A stretch of DNA of 20,000 nucleotides. Source: Trichodelitschia bisporula (lineage: Eukaryota). The stretch's first letter is position 1. Each line of letters starts with the position of its first letter. The DNA lies in NCBI GenBank assembly GCA_010356995.1, contig ML996712.1, positions 50,794 to 70,793 on the forward strand, written 5' to 3'. Shown here piece after piece: positions 1 to 10,069 of the stretch. The translations under genes and the position numbers were made by a program. The notes beneath the pieces are model-generated. The model saw only the letters and a list, made by a program, of their open reading frames with translations, was not told the DNA's origin and ran no database searches.

Positions 1-76
1 TCGAACCTCGAGTTTCAGTACAAACCACGATCGATGAAGAGCCAGTAGCGGACATTGCAGACTAGCCACCTGCCCT

Positions 77-185
77 CTGATTTTCCGCAAACTGCTGGAT
101 GCGCTGGGGCTGTTAGACGCGTGCGCGACGATGCTGTGCATGCATCTTACGGCCCCAGCGCATCGAACAGTTTGCGGAAAACCAG
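77..185. repeat. Inverted repeat / fold-back hairpin: 50-bp arms (77-126, 136-185), 9-nt loop
   Basis: The left arm CTGATTTTCCGCAAACTGCTGGATGCGCTGGGGCTGTTAGACGCGTGCGC matches the reverse complement of the right arm at 42/50 positions by manual alignment. Confidence 0.9.
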
Positions 186-556
186 CAGACCAGCTCCAAA
201 TCCGCAACTTCCGCCTACGGGCTCATCATGAACGACGATGCATGCGGGAAATCGAGGTCTTCGATGTCCTGCGGCATCATTAGCTTCCTGTGCACCACCA
301 TATAATTTACTCACCGTGCTGAACTTCTTTTACTATCTTTAACTCCATGACCTCACAGAAAGGCATCCAAAAGTATGCGGAAATCAGCAGACCAGTTCCA
401 AATCCGCACATCCGCCTACCAACTCATTATCGACGACGGTGCATGCTGTAAATTGCCCTCTCTCAAGTCCTGTGCCATGATTAACTTCCTGTGCACCATC
501 ATAGAATTTTCTCACCGTGGTAACCTTTTTGTATTGTCTTTAGCTCCGGAATCTCA
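160..556. repeat. Diverged tandem duplication, two units of about 201-203 bp (about 160-356 and 363-556)
   Basis: Shared blocks include TGCGGAAA..CAGCAGACCAGyTCCAAATCCGCA..TCCGCCTAC, GACGAyGrTGCATGC-like, CTTCCTGTGCACCAyCATA and CTCACCGTG. The offset is 203 at the start and 201 later. Confidence 0.9.
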
Positions 557-1376
557 CCACATTTACACGGACAGGATCACAGCTTTCCCAACTCGGCAAA
601 CCGCGCATCAAAGTCCATTGATCACCCACGGATGACTAGGTGCCAGGATCGAGGAACGATCAGCAGGAAGAATCCAATATATGACAGCGAACGCATGGTA
701 ATCGCCTTGACAGGACATTTATCGTTCGCGCGTTCGCGATGTATATTGCTTCACGACGGTGGCTGGGGGTCCGGCCCCGAGCATGCGTTTCTGTTTAGAA
801 TTAGTTCTACCATTTGCGTCACTAACACTTGACAAGGAGCATTGAAAATGTAGGACCATTGTCATTCATAGACCTGCGGGAAAAGCATTGTTACATTTGT
901 AGACGTGAGGACATTTGGTGAGATACGTTTGCAGTCGAGACGACATGTCGTTAGAAGTCAAGCAATCGCGTCGGAAACTAGTTTCGCCGCACCGTCACGT
1001 CTTCAGGTTAACGCGGGTTAGGGGATTAACGCCACCGCACAGCGCCACAGCGCCACAGCGCCACCCCTCTATTCGACACACACATCATCTCACCCCCTCG
1101 CCAAATAAACAACCACCTCTCATCTCGCTCATACCACATCTCAACTTCTCAACTCACATGCCCAAACTAAGATTGTCGATCTCCCTAGCAATATCCCCTC
1201 GGCAAAGACCCGCACAGCAAAAATCACCACGTAACCTTGCATGTTGACACATGGGCCACAAAGCCCACAACTGAAATTATTCACACACCGAAGCCTCAAA
1301 CCCCAAGGCTCATCTCCTACTATACACATCCCATCACCCCCCCAATCCGCTTTTCGTCATCTCCATCTCCATTCCT

Positions 1377-2184
1377 CTAAGCCTCAACCTCAAACCCCCC
1401 CTCCACGGCCGGGAATTCCCCCTCCACACCCGGGCCGTGCGAGTGCCCGCCCATACCGCTCATACCGCTCATACCACCCATAGCCGGCTGCGGCGCCGGA
1501 GCCGCAGGCTTAGGCGTCGCGGCGGCAACCGGGGTCACGGCCTTGGGGGGCGCAGCAGGAACAACAGGGGGCTTGGGCGCCGGCGCCGCAGCGACCGGGG
1601 GCTTCGGGGCCGCGGCCACGGGCGTGGGCGCCGCGGGCTTGGGCACAACAGCAGCAGCGGGCGTGGGCGCTGCAGCTGCAGCGGGCGTGGTAGGCGCCGC
1701 ACCCGGGAAGGTCGTGAAGGGCGGGGCAGGCGCGCCGCCGCCGAAGCCGGGCAGACCACCGGGAACGGAGCCAGCGCCGAGGCCGCCGAGCAGGTCGAGC
1801 CCGGGGATCATGGGGATGCCGCCGGTGCTGCTGAGCCAGGTGCTGAACTGCGACACCTCAGTCCCGAGACCGGTCAGGATGCTGTCGAAGGTGAAGGTGG
1901 TGTTGGCGGGCATGAAGGCGCCGAGGATGCCGCCGATGGTGGCGCCGAGGGTGGCGAGGAGGCCGCCGCCGATAATGGCGGCCTCCCAGTTCAGGGAGGT
2001 GGTGGCGCTGGTGCCGTTGGCTTGGGTGATGGTTAGGGCCATGGAGGGGTCTGCGGGGTTAGCTGGGCTTGAGGGGGGGGTGGGCGTGGGACGAACATTG
2101 CTGGGCGCGCTTGTGGAGCGGGGAGGCATCCACGGCGGCAGCGGCGGCCAGGACGGCCGTAACGGCGTTGGCGATCTGAACCAT
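1377..2184 (-). CDS. Secreted Pro/Ala-rich protein of about 253 aa; exons 2184-2097 and 2050-1377
   Basis: ATG at 2184 gives MVQIANAVTAVLAAAAAVDASPLHKR-AQQ (signal peptide plus KR Kex2 site). A 46-nt intron at 2096-2051 (GTTCGT...GCTAAC...CAG) joins it in frame to ORF 1377..2129. A Gly-rich hydrophobic segment, Pro/Ala low-complexity region and Met/Gly/His tail follow. Confidence 0.85.
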
Positions 2185-2283
2185 TTCTAAGACGTGCGAA
2201 AAGACGGTGGGAGCGACTGAAGCGAGTGACGAATACGAAGACGGCGGCGGATGGTCTTTGAATGGCGTTCCGCAGGGCGCATC

Positions 2284-2290
2284 TTATATA
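2284..2290 (-). promoter_or_regulatory. Putative TATA box of the secreted-protein gene
   Basis: TATATAA on the minus strand about 100 bp upstream of ATG 2184, in otherwise GC-rich DNA. Confidence 0.55.
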
Positions 2291-4577
2291 TGCCGTACAG
2301 CGCACGGCGCCTCCCGCGTGGCATCAATGCGCCCACCGAACAAGCCAGGTACGCGAAAGGCTATTCAACGCTTCATCTGCGGGGACCGGGGCCGCACAGA
2401 GAGCGACGGCATAGCACATGGTGCGCGCAGGCCCGCCCGGCATCAGGCGCAATACCCTACTGCTCACGTTGACCGCCCTGATCCGGCCTGCAAACCCGAT
2501 TGCAATGGTGGACCAGCGTACCGGACCTGCACTCTCCGCCACCGCCTCGTTTATCCCAACACTCGTGGTGCTGGGCGTCCGAGGGGCCAATCCGCGGTCG
2601 CGGAGGGTGTTTGTCTGCGACGTCGAGATGAAGCTGTTATTGGTCTTTGGTGTGGGGGATATACAGTGCGTCCGAGCCTGAGCCCGAGCCCTATGGGTCG
2701 TTGGGCGAGGCTTGGCGGCTTGTTTCGTTTGGCACGGAACGAGCAATGCTTGTGGTGATGCGACGCGGGGTGGAGCAAGAGTCGGGATGCCGATCGGGCG
2801 TTAGGAAGAACACATACTCCACTTTCATGCGGAATGGAAGCTGCACAAAAATTACGTCGGACGCGCGTGTGGCGTGTAATCACGATAGGCGAAGAGGGCG
2901 TCGGAAGCGAGAACCCTCGGAAAGCCCTAACCCCCCGGCTCGTCCGTGGAATTCTCGAAGCCTCAAAGGCAGGCAGGGCACGCCATCCACGCGGAACACC
3001 AATCGGCGGGGAACACCAAGCGATCTGGGCAAGACAGGCGATGAGGCGAACTGAGCCCTCAAGCGAAATCTGGGAATCACTTTGCGGCGACATCAGGGCC
3101 ATTCGGCGGTTTTCCTGGATAGACCGCGAGCTGATGGTGCTTGCAGCCCTCGGTACATTCATGTCACAGCGGGCGGTGGAGAGATTTCCACGCGGGGTTG
3201 TCGATCGACACTGGGACCTCGCCTGGTCAGCGCAAGGCGCGCCCGGATGCGGCAATGGCGTCGTTCGGATATCCCGCTGGTGACTAGCGGCAGCCGGCCT
3301 GCCGTCGACCTCGTGCGAGCCCTCAGGGACTAGCTCGGTGTCGTCCCACAGGCCGTCACTGCGTCCGCGACGAGAAGCAAAGTAGCCTGCATAAGGATCT
3401 GTATACGAAGCCTTGCGTAATCCACCGCCTGCTAAGATGCGCCGAGGCGGCTGCGCTACCCCGCTTTGCGTAGATCCGGGGAAGCGGGCGAGAGCGTTCG
3501 TGAACGACGGCTGCGCGCCAGGCGGATAGAGTTTGGACCGCAGAGTACCGAGTTCCAGGGGCGATGGCGCTCATCGGGGATCTTAGGCGGGGTGCATTGC
3601 GTGCACAAGGCCTGTGGTGGGATCGATGCAGCGTGTGGAGGGTGCATAATTCGCTCGAGCGCTATAAGAGCCTTTCAGCGTCGTTCGCCATATACCCTTG
3701 TTATTAGCGGTTCGTAGCGGGCGGTGAGGCTGATTGAGGACAGAAGCCCTGGTGGATGCGGGCCCGGGCGTGCCGATTGATTCGAGCTAGATTTCCGCGT
3801 TGAGGTTGAGCGAATGAGTGAAGCTTCTGGGTAGGTATATTTCCGTGGGTGACGGGCCGACGGCGGCAAATATCTGGGTTCGACCTCAAATTGCTGAGAT
3901 GCAGGCCATTCGTCGGCGGATATCAGTCCGCGAAGGTGAAGATGCGAACGCGGCCTTCACAGATGAAGCAGAGAAACGAGTATGCAAGAATGATGAAGCA
4001 GATAGTAAGGCGTTCCACGCGGAGAAGCCGGACAGATGCCGCATGAGGAGCATACTCAATCGACGGGCCGCATTCGGGAGAGAAGACGCTGGAGCTTAGA
4101 GCAGACGAGATACTTTGGAATTCACAAGGTGAAAAATGGATTCCGCGCGGACAGGCGGCTAGACGCTGGGTAGGAAGCACCGCAACTGCAAACCTGGAGT
4201 CGAGAGCCGGCAATCACGCTGCAGACGAAACTGAGGCAAGGCGGCGCGGCGAGATGACGATGTTCGTCGTCCTCTTCCCTTGACCGTTCAGAGTCACTTA
4301 CTCTATCTGTTGGCACTGGGTGTTCAGTCAGTGCTCCCCATGTTGTCAAGCATCTGGAAGCGATATGGTATACTTGCAAGAGGTTCGCAGACAGAGGAGA
4401 ATGCCATTCGGCCATTGGAGCAGCAGACATACATTCCAGCGTAAGTACTTCTTACACCTGATAGTCTCTGTCAGCAGTCGTACATCTAGCATCTCATAAG
4501 TACTTACATCAAGCGCGTTCCACTCAGGCGAGGTGTTGTGGAAGTGAAGATGAAAAGTGGTGTTCAAGTGAAGGTGA

Positions 4578-4621
4578 AAAGAAGAGATTTCGCAATGTCA
4601 AAGAAGAGATTTCGCGATGTC
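4578..4621. repeat. 22-bp tandem duplication (2 copies, 1 mismatch)
   Basis: AAAGAAGAGATTTCGCAATGTC followed by AAAGAAGAGATTTCGCGATGTC. Confidence 0.9.
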
Positions 4622-4751
4622 GCAGAATCCCTCATCAATGTCGTCATCATCAGCCCCTCATACCTCGCCATCCCTTTCACGTTTAGGCGAAGGGATCATA
4701 ACCCATGGCATTAAGAGCGCGCACAAAAATCAGTCCTCTACCCCCAAACAT

Positions 4752-5981
4752 CTACGGCTTCAGTAAAACCTTCCCCATCGTCTTCCTCCCCTCAAGATCC
4801 TCATGCGCCCTCGCAACCTCCTTCAACGGATACACATCATGCACCCTAACATCCACCCCCTTCGCCACCATATCCCACAACTCCTTCGTATATGCTTCCC
4901 ACTCCTCCCTCTCCGCAACATACCCCATAAGCGTCGGCCTCAACAGCTTGATATTCTTCGCCGTCAACCGAAAGAGAGCCACCGGCTCCACCGGTCCACT
5001 CGCATTCCCAAAACTCACCAACGTGCCCTTCCGCGCCAAAACCTCGAGATCAACGTCAAAAGTCGCCTTCCCCACGCCGTCAAACACCGCCGCCACGCCC
5101 TTCCCTCCCGTAGCCTCGGCGACTACACGCTTGATCTCCTCCGTCTCATACCCGCACACAACATCCGCCCCCAGCTTCCGTGCGACGCCCTCCTTTCCCT
5201 CCCCGACCGTCGCAATAACCTTCCCGCCCAGAATCTTCACCAACTCAACCATCAACCCGCCCACGCCCCCTGCGGCGGCGTGAACGAGGATCCAATCCCC
5301 CTTCTTAACTTCATACGCCTCGCGCACGAACGTCAGCGCAGTGAGACCCTGCAGCAGCGCGGCCGCCGCGACGTCGCCGCCCACGCCCTCGGGGATCTTG
5401 GTGGCCATCGCGGCCGACGCGAGGGAGTATTCCGCATACGTCCCTTCGCCCATGTACGCGACCCTATCGCCCGGCGTGAGGCCGTATATGTTGCCGGATC
5501 CGACGGAGAGGACGGTGCCGGAGGCTTCGCGGCCGAGGATGTAGGGCATTTTGGGGGCGGGGTACAGGCCGGTGCGGAAGTACCTGGGTTGGTTTAGCTT
5601 AGGGGGTTGGGGGTTTGGGAGAGGAGGGGGGGGAGCCTACGTGTCGATATAGTTCACGCCGATGAACTCGTTCTTGACGAGTACTTGTCCTTTGCCGGGC
5701 GAGGGGACGGGCGCGTCGGGCGTGTATTCCAACACCTCTCGGCCGCCGGTTTTGTAGATTACGACTGCGGGACCGGCTTTGGGAATTTCGCTAGCCATTG
5801 CGCGGGAGGCTGAAAAGCTGCGATGGGTCGAAGGGAGGCGTGTGGGATTGAGCTGTGCGGTTAAGGCGCGGAGACGAAACGAGGTATCTGAGCGGGTTGA
5901 AGCGACGCGAAGACGAGACGAGGAAATCCAGCGGGTTGGAGCGACGCAGAATGGTAGCTGGAGGACCGCTCGGACAGACAT
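4752..5981 (-). CDS. ZTA1: NADPH:quinone oxidoreductase, zeta-crystallin-like (MDR superfamily); exons 5981(or 5798)-5641 and 5583-4752
   Basis: GVNYIDT|YFRTGLY is restored across a 57-nt intron at 5640-5584 (GTAGGC...GCTAAA...CAG). Family motifs include PYILGREASG, LLQGLTA, HAAAGGVG (NADPH binding), FDGVGK, FGNASG, AHEDLEGRKTMGKVLL. Confidence 0.93.
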
Positions 5982-6431
5982 ATATGTTGTTTTGGGGAGG
6001 AAGTGAGGTTTATCATGCGCAAGCTGTGAGGTTTGTCATACACAAGCTATTTGGTGAGGGTGGTGGGGCGGTGGGGTGGGGCCGCCGGGACGGCCGGGTA
6101 GCTACCGTAATGCCAGGTAGCTAATGCGGGGTTAGGCTAAGGCCGACGGCGTGGCTTACCGATGCGCGCGGTGGGGGCCGCGTGCCGAAGCGGCGGGAAT
6201 CACCATCGGCGTTAAGGGACGTGGCTTGCATTTGAAACATGATAACGCCGATCGGGACGAAGAATGGACGCGGCTGAACTGAAGCTTGATATCACCGCTC
6301 GGGATTCAGGATTAGATTCTACGGTACGTTGTACGGATGTAGACGCTCGGGATTAGATTCCTACGGCGCAGATGCTTAGTATTAGACTCCTACGGTGTAG
6401 ATACTTCGGTGATGTTCTGATATCTCGGCCT

Positions 6432-7947
6432 TTACCCAACCAAATCAACCACATCCTCCGGAAACCCCCCCCACAGCAGCGCCTTCGCCGGGACCCTTGC
6501 ACTCACCGGACTCAGCACACGCAGCTTCTTCTTCCCCTCATCCACATCCGCGACATACACGTAGCCCATCACACTCGCCATCCTGATCTCATCCGCGCTC
6601 TCACTCGGGTCCGCGTGTGTAACAGCGAGGAGGCTGTTTTGTAGAGCTAGAGATGGGGTGATCTTGTCTTGGGCGCTGCCGTACACTTCGGGCTCGTACT
6701 CGTCGTCGTCGTCCGCGGTGGAGGAGGCGCCGGGGTCGAATGCAGAACTCGTCGCCGCTGAAAAACATTAGCTTTTGCCCGAACGGTAGAAGCGAGAAGG
6801 GAAGGGAGGGGGGCCTACGGCCTGAGACGCGGAATATGGATGTTGAAGCGAAGTCGAGCATTTGCGTGTATGGCGAGAGGGTAACGGCGCCGCGCCCAAA
6901 AAAGTACTCGCGTATCTGCGCCTGCCGTGCTGCGCGCATCCAGCTCTCATCGCGGTCTACACATCCACCGCTTTTGTCGAGTTTCAGGATGGAGGTTGGG
7001 CTGCCCGGGGGATAGAGCTGTTTGAGGGAGGAGTAGAGGCGTTCGGAGCCGAGGACGATGAGGGTTGTTACTGCGCCGTTAGCTAGGTAAAAGAAGGGGG
7101 AATAGAACCACGAACCCGAGAACTCGCTCACAATGTACTGAATAAGCTCATAGCCTCCTTTACCGCTGGCGACAGATCCAGACGTATCAACCACACACCC
7201 CCCCGCCCTAACATCCCCATCCTCATCCAGGCGACTCGTAACCGCCAGTGCCAACCTCGTCACCAACCCCTTAAACAACCTCGCATTCTCCTCCGGCACC
7301 GCACTCCCCAAATGATACACAAGCGGCATCTTAACCGGCACCACACTCGGCCCAGAGATAGGACTACTCCCCCACCCCTCCTCCACATCCACCAAACTCG
7401 CAAACGTAGCCGCAGATAACGTGCCCGGCACCGATAGCATGCCCATCCCCGGATCCAAGTTCACAACGACGGTCTGCCTCCGTGCTTTCACCGCATACCC
7501 AGTCAATATCCTCACCAGACTCGTCTTCCCACTCCCCGCCGGCCCGACCACGCACACCCGTGGCCCTATCCCCCCTCCCATCTCCGCCGCGTTCCTCATC
7601 CCTTCGAGCGCGAAATGCAGATTCGCATACTGCCCCATCGGCGTCTCCTCCGCCACATACTCCCCATCCGCGGCACCGGTTATCTCGAGCACGCACCCGT
7701 GCCAGGTGTACACAGCCCCCTTGGCGTGCTGGAAGTTGTAGGGGACTTGGGGGGCGAGTTCGGTGCCGAAGAGTTCGGCGGTGCCGGAGAGGAGTTTTAT
7801 GGTTAGGGGGGAGTGCGGGGGGGATTCGAAGCGGTACTCTGTGCGGGGGGGGAGGGTGTGCGTCCTTGATGTTGGGGAGGGGGCGGAGGTGGGGGGGGGA
7901 GCGTTGGAGAGGGTTAGGCCGGGGAGGGTGAGGCCGGGGATTGACAT
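6432..7947 (-). CDS. CLP1: mRNA cleavage/polyadenylation factor Clp1 (polynucleotide 5'-kinase family), about 469 aa; exons 7947-7116, 7070-6819, 6757-6432
   Basis: Motifs EYRFE, GTAELFGTEL, YVAEETPM, Walker A GPAGSGKT, NLDPG..PG, LVLGSERLY-like, KSGGCVDRD, IREYFFG and C-terminal GYVYVADVD. Introns at 7115-7071 (45 nt) and 6818-6758 (61 nt) have GT, GCTAAC/GCTAAT and CAG signals, and splicing gives a continuous frame. Confidence 0.95.
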
Positions 7948-8351
7948 TGTGGTGATGTAGACGTAGGTGGAGGGGGAGAGTGGTGGGGGTGGTGGTGTCG
8001 CGGTGCGACGGGGCGTTCGCTCTGTTTACGCTTACGAGATTGAATCTCCGTGCGATGCAATGGCGAAATTTGCAGCGAAAAGGGTATGTAAACGACGGGG
8101 CGGGTATTGAGTTGCGTGGAATGCGTTGCGTGGTCGACGCGTTGTGTGGAATGCGGAGGAGCTTGCGGAGGAGCTTTGCGGCGTTAAAAATTCTTGCCTC
8201 AGGCACCAATTTCTGCCTCATCACAACCGGGCCGTTCATGGCATCCACCACAAACGCAGCGAGCGCCGCCAACGAGCTTCAATAATAGTGCTACTGACTG
8301 CCTGCCATTACTCGCCTTCACCGCACCGCGCCATCATCAGCTATCTGCAGC

Positions 8352-9840
8352 CTAACCCCCCCAGCACTCCTCCGGACACCCACCAGTCCCCCCCTGCCGC
8401 ATCACAGTCACAAGCACTCCAATGAGGAGCACCAATCCCGCCCCAGCCCACACCAACATCCTCCCATCCAATACCGGCGGCCGAGTAACGCTCGCCAGCG
8501 CACCCAACTCCTCCTCAAACCGCTTCGCCATCCTCTCCTTCGAAAAAAGTTCCACAACCCTCTCCCTCCCCCTCCGTCCCATCCCCCTTAACCCCTTCTC
8601 ATCCCCCTCAAGCACCCCCCTCATAACCCGCGTCCACTCCTCCACCGCCCCCACATCGCGTAACCACCCTGTCTCCCCCTCAACCACCGTCTCCGTCGGC
8701 CCCCCCTCATTCGCCGACAGCACCGGTACCCCGGCGAGCATAGCCTCCAGCGGCACAATACCAAAATGCTCATTCCGGGGCGTGTACACCAGCAGCCTCG
8801 CCGAGGCCAAGAGCGTCGCCTTCAAGCCGCTCGGGACGGAGAGCAAGAACAGGACCTGAATGTTCGCCGGAATGGCCTGGGCGCTCACGATCGTGCGCGC
8901 CGTTGCATGGGCCAGACGGAGCGACTCGGCCAGCGCGGCAAGCTCGTTGTGATACTGGACGTTTTCGGGCACGCGCGCATCGTACCCGCCTAGCTCTTTA
9001 GTCAACATCCCATATCGGCGTAAGAAAAACCCACCCGCGATGACGAGCCGCGTGTTCGTGCGCTCGGCCTCTGAAAGGCGCGCGAAGGCGCGGATAGCGA
9101 GGCCTATGTCTTTTTTGCGCTCGAAGCGGTTTATGCTAAGCAGGACCCGCGTGTTGGGCCATAAGTGCCCCGTACTCTCCGGCGTGTTCTTTGTGTCGAC
9201 GCAGGGGTACACGACCCGTGGCTTGCGGTCCTTTAAGCGGGGGAATACGGACGCGAAGACACCGAGCGTGAAGTTGCTGTTGACGACGATGCCGTCGGCA
9301 CAGCCTGTGCTCCAGCTCTCGAGCGCGTCGAATGGGTATCTGTACACGCGCTTGAGCAGCCCGCCCTTCTGCGCGAGCAACTTGTCCGGAAAATGGCAGT
9401 AGAAGAGTAGGCGCGCTGGGGGATACACCCAGCGCAGCAGCGGGACGCCCGCGCTCAACTGGTCCACTACAAACGCGCTTGGCTTCAAAGCGCGCAGCTC
9501 GCCCGTGTACACGATTTGCAGTATGAGGTGCACCTGCCGCAGGATAGCACATAGAATCGCGAAACGGCCTAGAATAGACGGAGGCACGACGTTGCCGCGG
9601 ACGCGCACGTCGAGGGTACCTTTTTACTCAGCTACGGACCTCAGTATGTGCCACCGCACCTGGGGTAGACGTACCATCGCGCGCCTCGTCGAAGCAGTGT
9701 GTGGGGTCGCGGTGCGAGGTGAAGATTGTGACTTTGTGCCCGCGGTCTTGGAGGCCGACGGCTGCATCGATGATGAGCCGTTCTGCACCGCCGATGCCTA
9801 GATCGGGGTGGAAGAAGACTACGTGCTGTGGCGGGGGCAT
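8352..9840 (-). CDS. ALG2: Alpha-1,3/1,6-mannosyltransferase Alg2 (GT4), about 462 aa; exons 9840-9675, 9619-9035, 8989-8352
   Basis: Motifs [73 protein letters not shown] (EX7E) and a C-terminal hydrophobic anchor. Introns at 9674-9620 (55 nt) and 9034-8990 (45 nt). Confidence 0.96.
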
Positions 9841-10069
9841 GGTGGTGTTCCGTCCTCCGTCTCCTCCGCGAACTCCGATGAAGCCGCGTGGAAGCTGGGG
9901 ATGACGTAAGCCAAACATGCGACACTATCACGTGTAGGCATCACAACCCCGATGCGACGACGTGCTGCCCGACTCAGCGTTCCATCTCTGCTTGCATTGG
10001 AAAGTGACTGAATGCCACTGCCATGCCAGCAGCCTTACCCTTCTCTCAACAAACCCACTCCCGGTGACG
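9841..10069. promoter_or_regulatory. Shared divergent promoter region between ALG2 and VPS15 (229 bp between ATGs)
   Basis: Head-to-head start codons at 9840 (-) and 10070 (+). Contains CRE-like TGACGTAA (9902-9909) and E-box CACGTG (9929-9934); motif function is inferred only. Confidence 0.6.

Noticed and set aside
1015..1024. GGGTTAGGG telomere-like motif (similar at about 6128)
   Set aside because: Isolated single units, expected by chance in G-run-rich DNA.
1437..2190. Plus-strand ORFs 1437..2036 and 1543..2190
   Set aside because: Antisense shadows of the GC-rich secreted-protein gene.
2207..4213. Many overlapping 60-234 aa ORFs on both strands
   Set aside because: No recognisable motifs, Arg/Pro/Ser-rich composition typical of GC-rich non-coding frames, and no consistent gene model.
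4705..5597. Plus-strand ORFs over ZTA1
   Set aside because: Antisense shadows of a well-supported CDS.
6601..6818. C-terminus of the 448-aa ORF (GRRPPSLPF...TRGPE)
   Set aside because: Read-through of the 61-nt CLP1 intron into the wrong frame; the real last exon ends at 6432.
7364..8272. 302-aa minus-strand ORF overlapping the CLP1 start
   Set aside because: Alternative frame through low-complexity C-rich sequence with no domain features; CLP1 explains the region.
9962..10069. N-terminal extension of VPS15 from GTG 9962
   Set aside because: Non-ATG start; Vps15 needs Gly2 of MGQ (ATG 10070) for myristoylation.
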